DNA from: Candidatus Latescibacterota bacterium
Lineage (GTDB): Bacteria > Latescibacterota > UBA2968
Direction: 5' to 3'
Assembly (NCBI GenBank): GCA_965205975.1
Contig: OZ242195.1
Span: forward strand, 3,072,001 to 3,136,000
Length of the DNA stretch: 64,000 nt
Numbering within the stretch: position 1 is the first letter of the stretch; each line of letters begins with the position of its first letter. Position numbers and translations under genes: made by a program. Below the pieces are notes generated by a model. It was given only the letters and a program-made list of their open reading frames with translations. It did not search any database and had not been told where the DNA came from. Positions 39,076 to 49,782 of this stretch are shown here, piece after piece.

Positions 39076-39092
39076 AGTGTTCTCTCTTGAAC

Positions 39093-39125
39093 TGAATACT
39101 ATAGTCTGTGGACTAATAGTATTCA
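39093..39125. promoter_or_regulatory. C-box double operator of the R-M controller
   Basis: TGAATACTATAGTC-TGTG-GACTAATAGTATTCA palindrome just upstream of the C gene, resembling AhdI/Esp1396I-type C-boxes. Confidence 0.75.
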
Positions 39126-39143
39126 ATTTACGTACGTTTATAT

Positions 39144-39386
39144 ATGATGAATGAGGCTCTTGCAAAAATTCTCAAACGCTTGAGAAAAAAAAAGAATCTA
39201 AGCCAAGAAGCATTCGGTTTTGAATGCGGAATCCACAGGACTTATGTAAGCCAGCTTGAAAGAGGATTAAAAAGTCCATCTCTCAAAACATTGTGCAAAA
39301 TTTGTGGCGTATTAGAGATTAGTCTTGCAGATCTGATGATATTATTGGAAAAGGAAATGAAGGGTGTATCGTCTGACCAGTCGTGA
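39144..39386 (+). CDS. R-M controller (C) protein, XRE HTH
   Basis: LSQEAFGFECGIHRTYVSQLERGLKSPSL. Confidence 0.85.
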   Translation: MMNEALAKILKRLRKKKNLSQEAFGFECGIHRTYVSQLERGLKSPSLKTLCKICGVLEISLADLMILLEKEMKGVSSDQS

Positions 39387-40077
39387 ATTGGAAAAACTAA
39401 AAAAAGCACTGGAAGCAATATATACCGTGCCATTTATTGATGACGTTGAAGATTATATTTGGGAAGCAATCTTTTGTTATGTAAAAAATATTCCTCCCGT
39501 AGATCCACTTTTAAATATAAGGGAAAAGAGGCTCTTTGATATTGTCGATTCTTCCACTGCTGTAGGATGGTCTGCAAAGGCTTTACAAGCAACAGTCGGT
39601 CCATCTCGCCAATTTGAATTGGTCATCCAACGAGCAGACATCTTCAAAAAAAGTCAAGAACTTGGCTTTAATTCGCTAAGCGTGGCGTCTCCTCCTGAAG
39701 ACCTGGGTTTGGCTTTATTACGACACTGGTATGGAAAAGTGTATGAGGATGCAGAGGCACAAGGAGTTACAGATAGAAGGGTTTGTATTCTAGTGAAATC
39801 AAAAGATCGAAAAACCTATGGATTCCTTGAAGAAGACCTATCAGACTATAAGCCCCAGGAGCTTTATTGGATATGGACAAATGAAACAAAAACCGGACTT
39901 CAAGGAATAAGAAACAAGGATGGATTTTGCGTCTTTCGATGGTATCCCAATCAAAAACAATTTTTTGAAAGATTTATTCTACCAGAGGATACACATATTT
40001 TTTCAATCGAACCTACGCGATTGCCAATGGATGAGGTTGTTGATCTGTTGTTGAGCCAACTGAACAGCACCGTTTAA
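39364..40077 (+). CDS. Putative type II restriction endonuclease
   Basis: Overlaps the C gene, convergent with a C5-MTase; LFDIVD...WSAK as a possible PD-(D/E)xK variant. Confidence 0.65.
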   Translation: MYRLTSRELEKLKKALEAIYTVPFIDDVEDYIWEAIFCYVKNIPPVDPLLNIREKRLFDIVDSSTAVGWSAKALQATVGPSRQFELVIQRADIFKKSQELGFNSLSVASPPEDLGLALLRHWYGKVYEDAEAQGVTDRRVCILVKSKDRKTYGFLEEDLSDYKPQELYWIWTNETKTGLQGIRNKDGFCVFRWYPNQKQFFERFILPEDTHIFSIEPTRLPMDEVVDLLLSQLNSTV

Positions 40078-41173
40078 TGTCCTCAGCAAACACTTCCATT
40101 AATAAAGGGGGAACTGCATTACCCAACTGTTGAGATTTTTGGATGTAGGTCCCCGTAAATCTAAAATCATCAGAAAAAGATTGTAACCTCGCCGCCTCTC
40201 GTATTGTGATGAGGCGGATTTCTTTTGGATGACAAAATCTGCCTGATCCTGGATGAAACACCCACCGAGTAATAGTTGGAGCAATCATTTCACAATCCAA
40301 TCGTCCATAAGCTCCGCTATATCCAGATTTAGGTCTCAGGTGGTCGGGAAGGTCTTTGATACCTTGACCTGGTTTTAGAGAGGCGATTCTTGAGAACTGC
40401 TTCTCTTTTAATTTTCGGGTGATATGATCATAAATTTTTGTTGAATCTCGACGCATTTGACTTTGGAACTCATTCTCAGGTTCTTTGCCATACTCCATAG
40501 GTTCAAAACCTTCTCCATTTTCCAAAACAGGTAAATCAGATAAAGCTGACCAGGCAGACCTATACTGTATTATGTGACTACCCCAAAGGGATGGTTTCTC
40601 CACTGGGCCAAATAGAGGGGGAGAAAATGTAGGAGACACTCCTGTTCTTGATGCCAAAAAGAAGCACCTTCTCCTCCTTTGCGGAATCCCATAATCAGGG
40701 GCGTAAATAACCTTGACCTCTACCTCATAGCCCGCCTCATATAGAATATCAATGATTTCATCACGAACAGTTCCAGAATATGCATTGTAAATTTCCGCTA
40801 CATTTTCCATACATACAGTCTTGGGATATAGGGTCTTAACAAATCTGAGAAAATCCCTAAATAATTGATTTCTTGGATCTTCTAAGAATCTATAAGAAGA
40901 CGGTACATTTTTTGAAAAACCTTGACAGGGGGGACCACCAACAATACAGTCTAATTCTCCTTTTGTTAGATGCAATTCCTCCATAACATCTTCGGGATTA
41001 AGACGTGTCATATCGCCATTTATGATTTGGGACTCTGGATGATTAAAATTAAACGTATTGAGTGCCGGCTCCCAATTATCAATACCTGCAAGAACCTTGA
41101 AACCCGCCTTTGAAAGCCCCCAGGACATGCCACCGCAACCACTGAACAGGTCAAGTACCGTCAAATTATCCAT
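40013..41173 (-). CDS. DNA (cytosine-5)-methyltransferase
   Basis: DLFSGCGG, GGPPCQGFS, ENV, PQRRRR, REAARLQSF, QLGNAVPP. Confidence 0.95.
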   Translation of the reverse strand: MDNLTVLDLFSGCGGMSWGLSKAGFKVLAGIDNWEPALNTFNFNHPESQIINGDMTRLNPEDVMEELHLTKGELDCIVGGPPCQGFSKNVPSSYRFLEDPRNQLFRDFLRFVKTLYPKTVCMENVAEIYNAYSGTVRDEIIDILYEAGYEVEVKVIYAPDYGIPQRRRRCFFLASRTGVSPTFSPPLFGPVEKPSLWGSHIIQYRSAWSALSDLPVLENGEGFEPMEYGKEPENEFQSQMRRDSTKIYDHITRKLKEKQFSRIASLKPGQGIKDLPDHLRPKSGYSGAYGRLDCEMIAPTITRWVFHPGSGRFCHPKEIRLITIREAARLQSFSDDFRFTGTYIQKSQQLGNAVPPLLMEVFAEDIKRCCSVGSTTDQQPHPLAIA

Positions 41174-41507
41174 AGTTTTTGTATCCTTTGTTTACCATTG
41201 AATATATCACATATTTTGAATACTATAGTAGTAATAATTAATTTCTCAGAAATGTCAACCGAAAATAAACCATATTACACAACGACCTCTCTGGGTCAAG
41301 TCCACTGACCCCTATCACGAGGCTATCTTTTTATAAAACTTTTTGGACTTGACCCTCTATAGGCAAACAACCACTGAACATATGGATAGCCAGAATTTGG
41401 CAAAGTGTCAAGAGCAAACACAAACAGAATTTTGCTCTTGACGATGTAATTTGACATCGGGCATAAGTTGGCTATACTTGAGGGTTATACTTGAGAAGGA
41501 GATGATC

Positions 41508-41825
41508 ATGTCTGATTCTGACGAAATTATTCGCGTCGGTCACGAGATTCCCGAGGTCGCTTCTGTAAAAACGCGAATGCCTTATACACTAATTGTAACC
41601 TTTGAGGACGGCACTTGTCGGGAAACCCTGTTAAATCCCGATGATTTGGTTGGCCTCATGGCCTCCTTAAAAGATCCAGATTACTTTGCTCGAGCATTTG
41701 TAGATACTCACACCAGGACCGTTGCCTGGCCTAATGGGATCGATTTAGACCCTTGTGTGCTCTATGAGCCATCCTTGCGAACAAAAGTGAAACGAAAGCA
41801 TATTGACAAAACACAATCCCTATGA
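41508..41825 (+). CDS. DUF2442-family protein (orphan antitoxin-like)
   Basis: LIVTFEDG...TVAWPNGIDLDPCVLY; TTGACA-N16-TATACT promoter at 41451-41478. Confidence 0.75.
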   Translation: MSDSDEIIRVGHEIPEVASVKTRMPYTLIVTFEDGTCRETLLNPDDLVGLMASLKDPDYFARAFVDTHTRTVAWPNGIDLDPCVLYEPSLRTKVKRKHIDKTQSL

Positions 41826-43038
41826 AGCATTTCACATCAGGGAATTTCGGTTATACGCACTGGGCTGGTTTGTCGCATTGGTCGGCACGCAAATTCAGAG
41901 TGCAGCCATAGGATGGGAAATGTATGCCCGCACCGGGCAAGCACTCGCGCTCGGCCTGGTGGGCCTGGCAATCGCATTGCCCACAATGATCCTCGCACTC
42001 CCCGCGGGTTATCTCGCCGACCGCTTTAACCGGCGCACGGTCATGATGTTGAGCTTGACGGGCACAACATTGACCTCTCTCGGCCTTGCCGCATTATCCT
42101 GGAAACAGGGACCAATTGCCCTGATGTACGCCCTGCTCGTCGTCGATGCTGCAATAACCGTACTCGGTGCGCCAGCACGGCGGGCAATTGTACCCCAACT
42201 GGTACCGCGCGGTATATTTCCCAATGCCGTGACATGGAGCATGAGCTTGATGCAAATGGCGTGGGTAGTCGGACCCATGATCGGAGGCCTGATCGCAGCA
42301 GTTTACGTACCCGCAGCGTACCTGGCAAGTGCCGGATGTACAGGGTGGTTCTTATTGATACTATCCCGATTGCGCGTACCGCCTATAGAACGCGATAAAA
42401 ATGCAGCGCGAATTTCACCACTACAAAATCTGATGGGCGGGCTGGTGTTTCTGAAGAACAACCGCTTGCTATTGTCGCTCATGGCCCTGGACATGTTTGC
42501 CGTGCTCCTGGGCGGCGCCGTGTATTTATTACCAATTTACGCACAGGACATCTTAAATGTGGGATCCGAGGGATTTGGAATATTGCGATCAGCACCTGCG
42601 GTGGGTGCCCTGATAATGGCACTCACGCTGGCACACCTGCCCCCGATGAAAAAAGCTGGCAGAAATCTGCTCCTCACCGTAGCTGGATTTGGCATCGCAA
42701 CCATTGTATTCGGAATATCGGAAAACTTCTGGTTGTCATTTGCGATGCTCGTATTAACCGGGGCATTTGACAACGTGAGCATGGTCATTCGTCACACACT
42801 CGTACAGCTAATCACCCCCGATGCAATGCGCGGCAGGGTATCGGCTGTAAACGGGGTATTTGTGAGCGCGTCCAATGAACTGGGCGGCCTCGAATCTGGA
42901 GGCGTGGCGGAATTGTATGGGCCTGTATTCTCAGTCGTAAGCGGCGGCATCGGAACGCTATTAGTCACAGGCATAACAGCAATAGCTTCCCCGAGCTTGA
43001 GAAAAGTAGGCGCACTGGATGAAGTAGAGGAAGGATAG
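41803..43038 (+). CDS. MFS transporter (EntS/macrolide efflux-like)
   Basis: AGYLADRFNRR, MRGRVSAVNGVFVSASNELG; about 12 hydrophobic segments. Confidence 0.9.
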   Translation: MTKHNPYEAFHIREFRLYALGWFVALVGTQIQSAAIGWEMYARTGQALALGLVGLAIALPTMILALPAGYLADRFNRRTVMMLSLTGTTLTSLGLAALSWKQGPIALMYALLVVDAAITVLGAPARRAIVPQLVPRGIFPNAVTWSMSLMQMAWVVGPMIGGLIAAVYVPAAYLASAGCTGWFLLILSRLRVPPIERDKNAARISPLQNLMGGLVFLKNNRLLLSLMALDMFAVLLGGAVYLLPIYAQDILNVGSEGFGILRSAPAVGALIMALTLAHLPPMKKAGRNLLLTVAGFGIATIVFGISENFWLSFAMLVLTGAFDNVSMVIRHTLVQLITPDAMRGRVSAVNGVFVSASNELGGLESGGVAELYGPVFSVVSGGIGTLLVTGITAIASPSLRKVGALDEVEEG

Positions 43039-43083
43039 GATAGCAGGAGGGATACTGGTCAGACCTGGACCACAACCCGTGAT

Positions 43084-44037
43084 CTAATGCCGCTTGATAA
43101 CAACATAACTGATATCGTCATCGGGTGTATTAAACGCGATGAGGTCCTCTTTAATCGCGTGGAAAATTTCTTTGGCAGTCAAATTTCTGATCTCGTGAAG
43201 TTTTTGTTCGAGATAATGCGGCGCGTAAAACTCGCCATTTCGGTGATGTTCAACCAGACCATCTGTAAAAAGAATGAGAATATCGCCCGTGCCCATTAAA
43301 TCCCATTCGTTAAGTTCGTACTCTTCCTTAAAACCGAGCACACTCTCATTGATATTGCGATCGATATCGCGTCCAGAGGGAAGCGTACCAATGGGCGGAG
43401 AGGCAATCATCCTATCTTCGGGCACATCCACAATACCTTTGTACTTGCGCGAATACACCAGCGGCATGGGATGTCCTGCCGACAAAAACTGGAAATGTCC
43501 TTCCTGAGATATCTCCCCGTAAATCATCGTAATAAATTTACTGAGACTCGACGAATTGTAAAACCGCGTATTGAGATTTTCAAACAACTTGGCCGTGATA
43601 TTGCCGTAATAATCCATTTCGTAAATCGCACCCATCAAAAAAGCCTGATGGAGCATCGCCGCGAGAAGCGCGTCCGTAATCTGGTGCCCCGAAACATCAG
43701 CCACTGCCACACCCGCCTTAAAGCGACATTCCTCCAGCTTTTTGACAACATCATCCTGACCGCGGCCACGAGCTTTTTCTATACGAGCATCGAGATCATA
43801 GCGCTTCTTAAAATCGACATAGACAATATGATCGCCACCCACAATACCGTTGAGCGGAATGGTCTCGCCGTAAATATCAATACCATCGAGCACGGGTATT
43901 TCCCCTGGCAATGGTTTGACGTAGCCTGCGATATCCTGGAAATTATTCAACTCCCCCATAAGCATCTTCATGGAGTCATTCACTTGCTGGATACCCGTTT
44001 CGTCTATTTCATCAAAAGCCATAGAATTTTTAGACAC
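43084..44037 (-). CDS. SpoIIE/PP2C-family protein phosphatase
   Basis: VGGD, ADVSGH, SAGHP, LFTDGLVE, DDIS. Confidence 0.85.
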   Translation of the reverse strand: MSKNSMAFDEIDETGIQQVNDSMKMLMGELNNFQDIAGYVKPLPGEIPVLDGIDIYGETIPLNGIVGGDHIVYVDFKKRYDLDARIEKARGRGQDDVVKKLEECRFKAGVAVADVSGHQITDALLAAMLHQAFLMGAIYEMDYYGNITAKLFENLNTRFYNSSSLSKFITMIYGEISQEGHFQFLSAGHPMPLVYSRKYKGIVDVPEDRMIASPPIGTLPSGRDIDRNINESVLGFKEEYELNEWDLMGTGDILILFTDGLVEHHRNGEFYAPHYLEQKLHEIRNLTAKEIFHAIKEDLIAFNTPDDDISYVVIKRH

Positions 44038-44360
44038 GGTTTATTACCTGTATGAAGTTGGGACATTCGATTCAAAAGTAACCATTTGTCGATCTCAAAT
44101 CAAGTCAGGCAATTCTCATTCGAGCGAAACGGGTTCGCCAATACGGTCGTACTTTATCAAAATGAATTGTAGCCACAATTCCTCCCTTGAGATCATCAAA
44201 CCAATCTGCTTTCCACCGAATATATTTTAAAGCGCCACCTCATGCAACAACGCGATAAACTTGACAGCTTGACGGAGTATGGTTTTGTTTTATATTATCG
44301 CCACGCAGTTGGATTTTGAAGTCTCTATCTCCTCCACAATCCAATAGAAAGGATTACACT

Positions 44361-44993
44361 ATGTCATTGCAATTAGGCGATGTTGCCCCCGACTTTACGG
44401 CAGAAACCACGGAAGGCACCGTCAATTTTCACGAATGGTTGGGCGATGGCTGGGGCATTCTATTTTCCCATCCCGCCGACTTTACCCCGGTATGCACCAC
44501 CGAATTGGGCGCCATGGCAAATATCAAAGACGAATTTGACAAGCGCGGCGTCAAAGTTTTAGCGATCAGCGTTGATCCCCTCGAATCCCATGAAGGCTGG
44601 ATCAGCGACATCAACGAAACGCAAAATGCAACCGTGAATTATCCCATGATCGCCGACCCCGACCGCCAGGTAGCTGACCTCTACGAGATGATCCATCCCA
44701 ATGCAGATAATACCCTGACCGTGCGCTCGGTATTTGTAATTGGTCCCGACAAAACAATCAAACTGATGCTCACCTACCCGGCATCTACGGGCCGGAACTT
44801 CGACGAAATACTGCGCGTAGTCGATTCCCTGCAGTTGACAGCCAAACACAGTTTGGCCACGCCAGTGAACTGGCGCCCCGGCGAAGACGTGATCATCTCA
44901 CCCACGGTTACAGACGAAGAAGCCGACGAGCGCTTCCCCGGATATACCGCTGTGAAACCCTATTTGCGCGTCATACAGCAACCCGCTGAGTAA
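44361..44993 (+). CDS. 1-Cys peroxiredoxin (Prx6 type)
   Basis: FSHPADFTPVCTTELG, YPASTGRNFDE. Confidence 0.93.
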   Translation: MSLQLGDVAPDFTAETTEGTVNFHEWLGDGWGILFSHPADFTPVCTTELGAMANIKDEFDKRGVKVLAISVDPLESHEGWISDINETQNATVNYPMIADPDRQVADLYEMIHPNADNTLTVRSVFVIGPDKTIKLMLTYPASTGRNFDEILRVVDSLQLTAKHSLATPVNWRPGEDVIISPTVTDEEADERFPGYTAVKPYLRVIQQPAE

Positions 44994-45016
44994 ACGACCA
45001 TTCATCGGTAAAAAGC

Positions 45017-45051
45017 AAAAGGTCTGTGACAAATGTCACAGACCTTTTTTT
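45017..45051. terminator. Bidirectional intrinsic terminator
   Basis: AAAAGGTCTGTGACA-AA-TGTCACAGACCTTTTTT between convergent genes. Confidence 0.85.
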
Positions 45052-45406
45052 ATTCAGAACAAATCAAATCGGGCAATGGCTCAAGTTGAGCAATTTCCTC
45101 CGCTTTTTCGGTTTGCATCGCATGCCACAAATCCCAATCTGATTGCAGGTCAAGCCAGAAATCTGCGGACATACCAAGCACTTGTGCCAGACGCAATGCG
45201 ATATCTGGCGTGACACATCGCTTGCCGTTTATAACTTTATTCAAACGCGGGAATGAGACGCCTAATCTTACAGCAAAATCCGATTGACTGATTCCCAGGG
45301 GCTTGAGAAATTCTTCCAATAACATTTCGCCCGGGTGCGTTGGCGGTCGGTTGGTTGGAAGCCGTCGCTCTGTCAATTTAGTGATAGTCTGTAATTTCGA
45401 TTTCAC
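45050..45406 (-). CDS. higA: HigA-family antitoxin
   Basis: THPGEMLLEEFLKPLG, ADFWLDLQ. Confidence 0.85.
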   Translation of the reverse strand: MKSKLQTITKLTERRLPTNRPPTHPGEMLLEEFLKPLGISQSDFAVRLGVSFPRLNKVINGKRCVTPDIALRLAQVLGMSADFWLDLQSDWDLWHAMQTEKAEEIAQLEPLPDLICSE

Positions 45407-45831
45407 AATAATTCGACCTCTTGCTCGCTACATATACCCCCGAAATCACGCAGATTAAATGTGAGCATCGCATCTATGCGAACGTTCTTGTCTTCAAGGA
45501 TTGCACGGATCACGAAATCTACGAGACTCATGGCATTGTGGGGCGGAGTGGCCTGTGCGAAGGTATTCTCGTAAGCATCCAGACGATACGGGGCATCGTC
45601 AAGCAAGACGGTATCAGGTACGCGAATCAGGCTTTCAAAACGCGCAACCGTTTCTGGTCTTCGGACAAATCGCGTATTAATGGTTTCGTACAGGATTGGC
45701 CAAGGTATGACAATAGAGAGGATTTCCAGCCAATCTTGTTTTTCACAGGCATCGGCGTGATAACGGTCTCTCGGATTGAAAAGCGCGAAGAAGAAGCCCG
45801 AGTCCACCAAAAGCGTTTTAGAATCCACGAT
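45403..45831 (-). CDS. PIN-domain (VapC-like) protein
   Basis: LVDSGFFFAL...DRYH, SLVD, LTFNLRDF; start uncertain. Confidence 0.75.
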   Translation of the reverse strand: MVDSKTLLVDSGFFFALFNPRDRYHADACEKQDWLEILSIVIPWPILYETINTRFVRRPETVARFESLIRVPDTVLLDDAPYRLDAYENTFAQATPPHNAMSLVDFVIRAILEDKNVRIDAMLTFNLRDFGGICSEQEVELL

Positions 45832-46138
45832 CATCAACGTACTCCGCGCATGTGCCGTAACCCGACCAGGGCGCGCTTTTGCGTCTGCCAATGATGAAAC
45901 GTCCTCTTGTCTCTCCTTCTTGCATACAAACGATATATATCCGCGAGCGTTTATTCAGCAAGACCGCCTCCTCTATCTCGGTCTTGAGGGATTCAAATAA
46001 GTCTCCATCATAGCAGAACGAAAAACACGCGACGCTATTACCGCACTCTTTTGCATCGTGATCGTCGAGCCAGGTGTACAGCCCTTCGTAATCACCTGTC
46101 ACACCGAGATCGTAAGATATCCAAATAAAACTTTGCAT
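45818..46138 (-). CDS. Small hypothetical protein, possible VapD/Cas2-like fold
   Basis: WISYDLG...DYEGLY N-terminal motif; overlaps the PIN gene. Confidence 0.55.
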   Translation of the reverse strand: MQSFIWISYDLGVTGDYEGLYTWLDDHDAKECGNSVACFSFCYDGDLFESLKTEIEEAVLLNKRSRIYIVCMQEGETRGRFIIGRRKSAPWSGYGTCAEYVDDRGF

Positions 46139-46279
46139 ATCCTTATCCTTTCACTGGATTTCGCAAAATACCGTGACCGTATTAAAAATATTCTCAATAC
46201 CGCGATTTCGGAACGAATTTATCATACCATATATTATTATAATTGTCAATTATCGACATCGATTTTTGTTTCTATCAAT

Positions 46280-48727
46280 CTACTCATGCCGCAGGGCTTC
46301 CACCGGATTGGACACAGCCGCGCGAAGGGCGTGAAAACTCACAGTAAACAACGCGATCGCCAATGCAACCGCGCCACTCAACATAAATATCCACCACGAA
46401 AGATCCGTGCGATATTCAAAGCCGTCCAGCCAACTTCGCATGGCAAAATACGCAACCGGCCATGCAAACAGATTCGCAATCAAAACCATAATTGCAAATG
46501 TCCTGGAAATTAGCATCACAATATTTGACACACTCGCACCCAAAACCTTTCGCACCCCGATCTCTTTCACCCGCTGCTCAACCGTAAATGCCGCGAGACC
46601 AAACAGCCCCATACACGCGAGCAAAATCGCCATACCCGAAGAGAGCAACGTCAGCTCCTGCACCCGTTGTTCTGCATAGTACATGAATTCAAACTGCTGA
46701 TCCCACATCATATAGTCAAACGGCTGATCTGCAGAAGCGAACTGCTTCCATGTCTTTTCAAAAAAAGCGAGCGTCTCTTCCATGCCCTCGGCTTTGACGC
46801 GCGCGCCCAGATTGTAAAATTGCTGGTGCCGAAGCGTCAGTGCAACAGGACCGATTTTTTCGTGCAACGGACTATAGTGAAAGTCCTGCACAACGCCAAT
46901 CACCGTTCCCTTCCGATTTCTCACCCGATCAACCCACTCAAAAGACTTGCCAACAGGATCGTCCCAACCGAGTCGAGCCACCGCCGTTTGATTAATAATA
47001 AAAGCTTTGGACGTATCTGTGGGAAATGCAATCGGATCAAATTTGCGTCCCTCTACCAGTTCGATTTGAAACACATCGAGATAATCTTCATCGACCTCCA
47101 GAAGGGGCATGCGCCAGTCCGTGCCCTCGTGTCCCTCTGCCCGAATGGTTCGGGTAATACCCCCGCCCCATCCAATCCACCAGCGATACGCCGTTACCTC
47201 AAGCACATTCGGATGGGCGCGAAAAGCCTCTTTCACCGTGGTATAACGGGCGGCGAGCTTTTGCCCCGGGTCTGATTTTGTTTCTTGATCAAGCACAAAG
47301 ATGGGCATAAGCACCATCTGCTCCACATTAAAACCCAGGTTCTTGTTTCTCATATAATCAAGTTGCCGATAGATCACCCCCGTACTCGCGATCAGAATAA
47401 TTGAAATCGCAAATTGCACTACCACCAGCCCCTTCCGAATCCACTGCCCCCGAGAACCCGCGCGAAACGCCCCCTTTAGCGTCTCTGTAGGTTGATATGC
47501 AGAAAGAAAAAATGCGGGATAAACGCCAGCCAACAGCCCGACGAATACGGCAATACCAATCAAAGAAATTACAAGCAACGGATCGCTCAACAAATTCAAC
47601 TCAATCTGCTTGAAGAAAAAGGCATTGAACTCGGGAAGCACGAGTTTGACGGCAACAAGCGCGAGAATAAGCGCGACCATTGCCGTGAGAACAGACTCGC
47701 CCAAAAACTGACCCATCAGTTGTGAGCGATACGCTCCCGACACCTTTCGCAAACCCACCTCGTGCGCCCTGCGAGCCGATTGCGCTGTCGTCAAATTCGT
47801 GAAATTAATACATCCAATCGCAAGCACCAGAACCGCAATAGCACCAAATTGATAAACGCGTTCAATATCGCCGTACCAATCCAGACCGTAATCCTGCCTC
47901 GAATAGAGATAAATGCGATTGAGAGGCTGGAGATGATACGCATTTGTGCGTGCGATCTCTGCCCCCATATAGCGATCAATCAATTCGGGAAATTTCGCGG
48001 ACAGCGCCTTTGGATCCGCCCCTTCTCGCAGCAGAAAATACGTATTGACCGGACGCCAACCATCGGTTGGGATCCAATCTTCCCAGACAATTTTCGCACC
48101 TGGGGACGTGAATCCGCCTGTTGAAAAATAATCGATTTCACCGAAGCCAAGTGTAGAATTGAGAGGCACATCTTTTAATATTGCCGTGATGGTGCGCTCG
48201 CCTCCGTGGTGATTGCTCTCAGCGGTGATGGTCTTGCCAATCGGATCTTCGTCTCCAAACAACCGCTTTGCCGCCGATTCTGTTATGGCAATCGCATTGG
48301 GATTGGGAAATGCAGTTTCGAGATTGCCGCGCACAAATGGGAAATCGAAAATTTCAAACATCTCGGGATCGGCAACACAGAGACCCAGCTCAAACTTTTT
48401 TTCGTCCAAACGCACATCTACGGACGACCACGTTATCACGCGCACGGCTTTCTCCACTTCGGGAAAATCCCGCGCAAGTGTCCGTGCCAGCGCGCCCGAC
48501 GTCTCTGGCAAATAATCCGATTGCCCCCCAGATCGGGTCTCTCGGACCACGCGATAGATCCGATCTCCTTTTGCATGCCAACGGTCAAAACTCAACTCGT
48601 CCTGAATATAGAGCACGATCAAAATGCACGTCCCCAGACCAATGGCAAGCCCCAAAATATTAATCGCACTAAAGGTCTTTTGCCGATTGAGATTTCTCAG
48701 TGCGATAACCAGATAATTTCTAAACAC
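46280..48727 (-). CDS. FtsX/MacB-type ABC transporter permease
   Basis: CINFTNL, KEIGVRKVLGAS, NPVEALRHE. Confidence 0.9.
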   Translation of the reverse strand: MFRNYLVIALRNLNRQKTFSAINILGLAIGLGTCILIVLYIQDELSFDRWHAKGDRIYRVVRETRSGGQSDYLPETSGALARTLARDFPEVEKAVRVITWSSVDVRLDEKKFELGLCVADPEMFEIFDFPFVRGNLETAFPNPNAIAITESAAKRLFGDEDPIGKTITAESNHHGGERTITAILKDVPLNSTLGFGEIDYFSTGGFTSPGAKIVWEDWIPTDGWRPVNTYFLLREGADPKALSAKFPELIDRYMGAEIARTNAYHLQPLNRIYLYSRQDYGLDWYGDIERVYQFGAIAVLVLAIGCINFTNLTTAQSARRAHEVGLRKVSGAYRSQLMGQFLGESVLTAMVALILALVAVKLVLPEFNAFFFKQIELNLLSDPLLVISLIGIAVFVGLLAGVYPAFFLSAYQPTETLKGAFRAGSRGQWIRKGLVVVQFAISIILIASTGVIYRQLDYMRNKNLGFNVEQMVLMPIFVLDQETKSDPGQKLAARYTTVKEAFRAHPNVLEVTAYRWWIGWGGGITRTIRAEGHEGTDWRMPLLEVDEDYLDVFQIELVEGRKFDPIAFPTDTSKAFIINQTAVARLGWDDPVGKSFEWVDRVRNRKGTVIGVVQDFHYSPLHEKIGPVALTLRHQQFYNLGARVKAEGMEETLAFFEKTWKQFASADQPFDYMMWDQQFEFMYYAEQRVQELTLLSSGMAILLACMGLFGLAAFTVEQRVKEIGVRKVLGASVSNIVMLISRTFAIMVLIANLFAWPVAYFAMRSWLDGFEYRTDLSWWIFMLSGAVALAIALFTVSFHALRAAVSNPVEALRHE

Positions 48728-48936
48728 AACAACCCGCCTCCGAAATAAAAAGTAAAATCATCACGTACGAGTGTAGCTACGATCTTTAGAACCGTCAAGG
48801 TTTAGAATATAATTTCCAATGAAAAACCATCACCCATTGGACACACCTTGATCGCAGATGGTTTCTCTTTTCACACAGATACATTATATTGACCGAGTTA
48901 TATCCCCATTTCCCCAACATCTCTACCTGATCCACT

Positions 48937-49782
48937 ATGAAGGCCTTTACTCGCACAACCCTCTATCTCCTCATTCTCTCTACCTCCTTGCCCGGATGCA
49001 AGGACAAACCCACTGCCCCGCCGGAAGAACCAGAGCCGCCACCGCACGTTGTATCGCAGACACAAACAGGCATCCAGATCACAACCCATGTGGGCACGAC
49101 GCACACCCTCATTTTAATACCCGAAGGACCGTTCGAAATGGGCGCCAACAACGGCATCCGCAACGAAGGTCCAGAACACATCGTCCACCTCAAAGCCTAT
49201 TACATAGACCACACAGAAGTTAGCAATGCCCAATGGAATCCCTACGCCATTGCCGAGCGTCAACTGCCCAACTTTGACCCGCCTGAACATCCCGTTGTCA
49301 ATATCAACTGGTTTCAAGCTGGCGAATACTGCGCATGGCTCGGCGGACGCCTGCCCACCGAAGCCGAATGGGAAAAAGCAGCGCGCGGAACCGACAGGCG
49401 CATCTATCCCTGGGGCGCTGCCCCGGACCCCAACCGCGCCAACTACCTCAACAGCGGCGACCCCTTTGACAACGGCACAGCACCTGTTGCATATTATCGT
49501 GAAGGCAATAACGATGGGCGCAGCCCTTATGGCGTATTGGACATGGCTGGCAATGTTTGGGAATGGACACAAGACGAATACGACAGCGCGTTCTATCAGC
49601 GCAGCCCACGCGATAACCCCGTCAATTACGAACTCAGAACCCATTTCTTGCACCTCGAACGCGTCGTGCGAGGTGGATCCTGGTTCAGCACTGCCTTTCT
49701 GATACGCACAACAGCGCGCGACGCTCGAACATCCAATCTCCAGACCAATACTCTTGGATTCAGGTGTGTGGTGGATCGGTAA
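48937..49782 (+). CDS. FGE-sulfatase (SUMF1/EgtB/PvdO) domain lipoprotein
   Basis: RLPTEAEWEKAARG, DMAGNVWEW, RGGSW, GFRC; lipobox LPGC. Confidence 0.9.
   Translation: MKAFTRTTLYLLILSTSLPGCKDKPTAPPEEPEPPPHVVSQTQTGIQITTHVGTTHTLILIPEGPFEMGANNGIRNEGPEHIVHLKAYYIDHTEVSNAQWNPYAIAERQLPNFDPPEHPVVNINWFQAGEYCAWLGGRLPTEAEWEKAARGTDRRIYPWGAAPDPNRANYLNSGDPFDNGTAPVAYYREGNNDGRSPYGVLDMAGNVWEWTQDEYDSAFYQRSPRDNPVNYELRTHFLHLERVVRGGSWFSTAFLIRTTARDARTSNLQTNTLGFRCVVDR

Noticed and set aside
41293..41355. Inverted repeat GGGTCAAGTCCA/TGGACTTGACCC as mobile-element ends for the type II R-M block
   Set aside because: Both arms are on the same side of the R-M genes; no TSD or transposase seen
45818..46138. Cas2 indicating a CRISPR-Cas locus
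   Set aside because: Only a short YD motif; no cas1 or array nearby, and the context is TA-like
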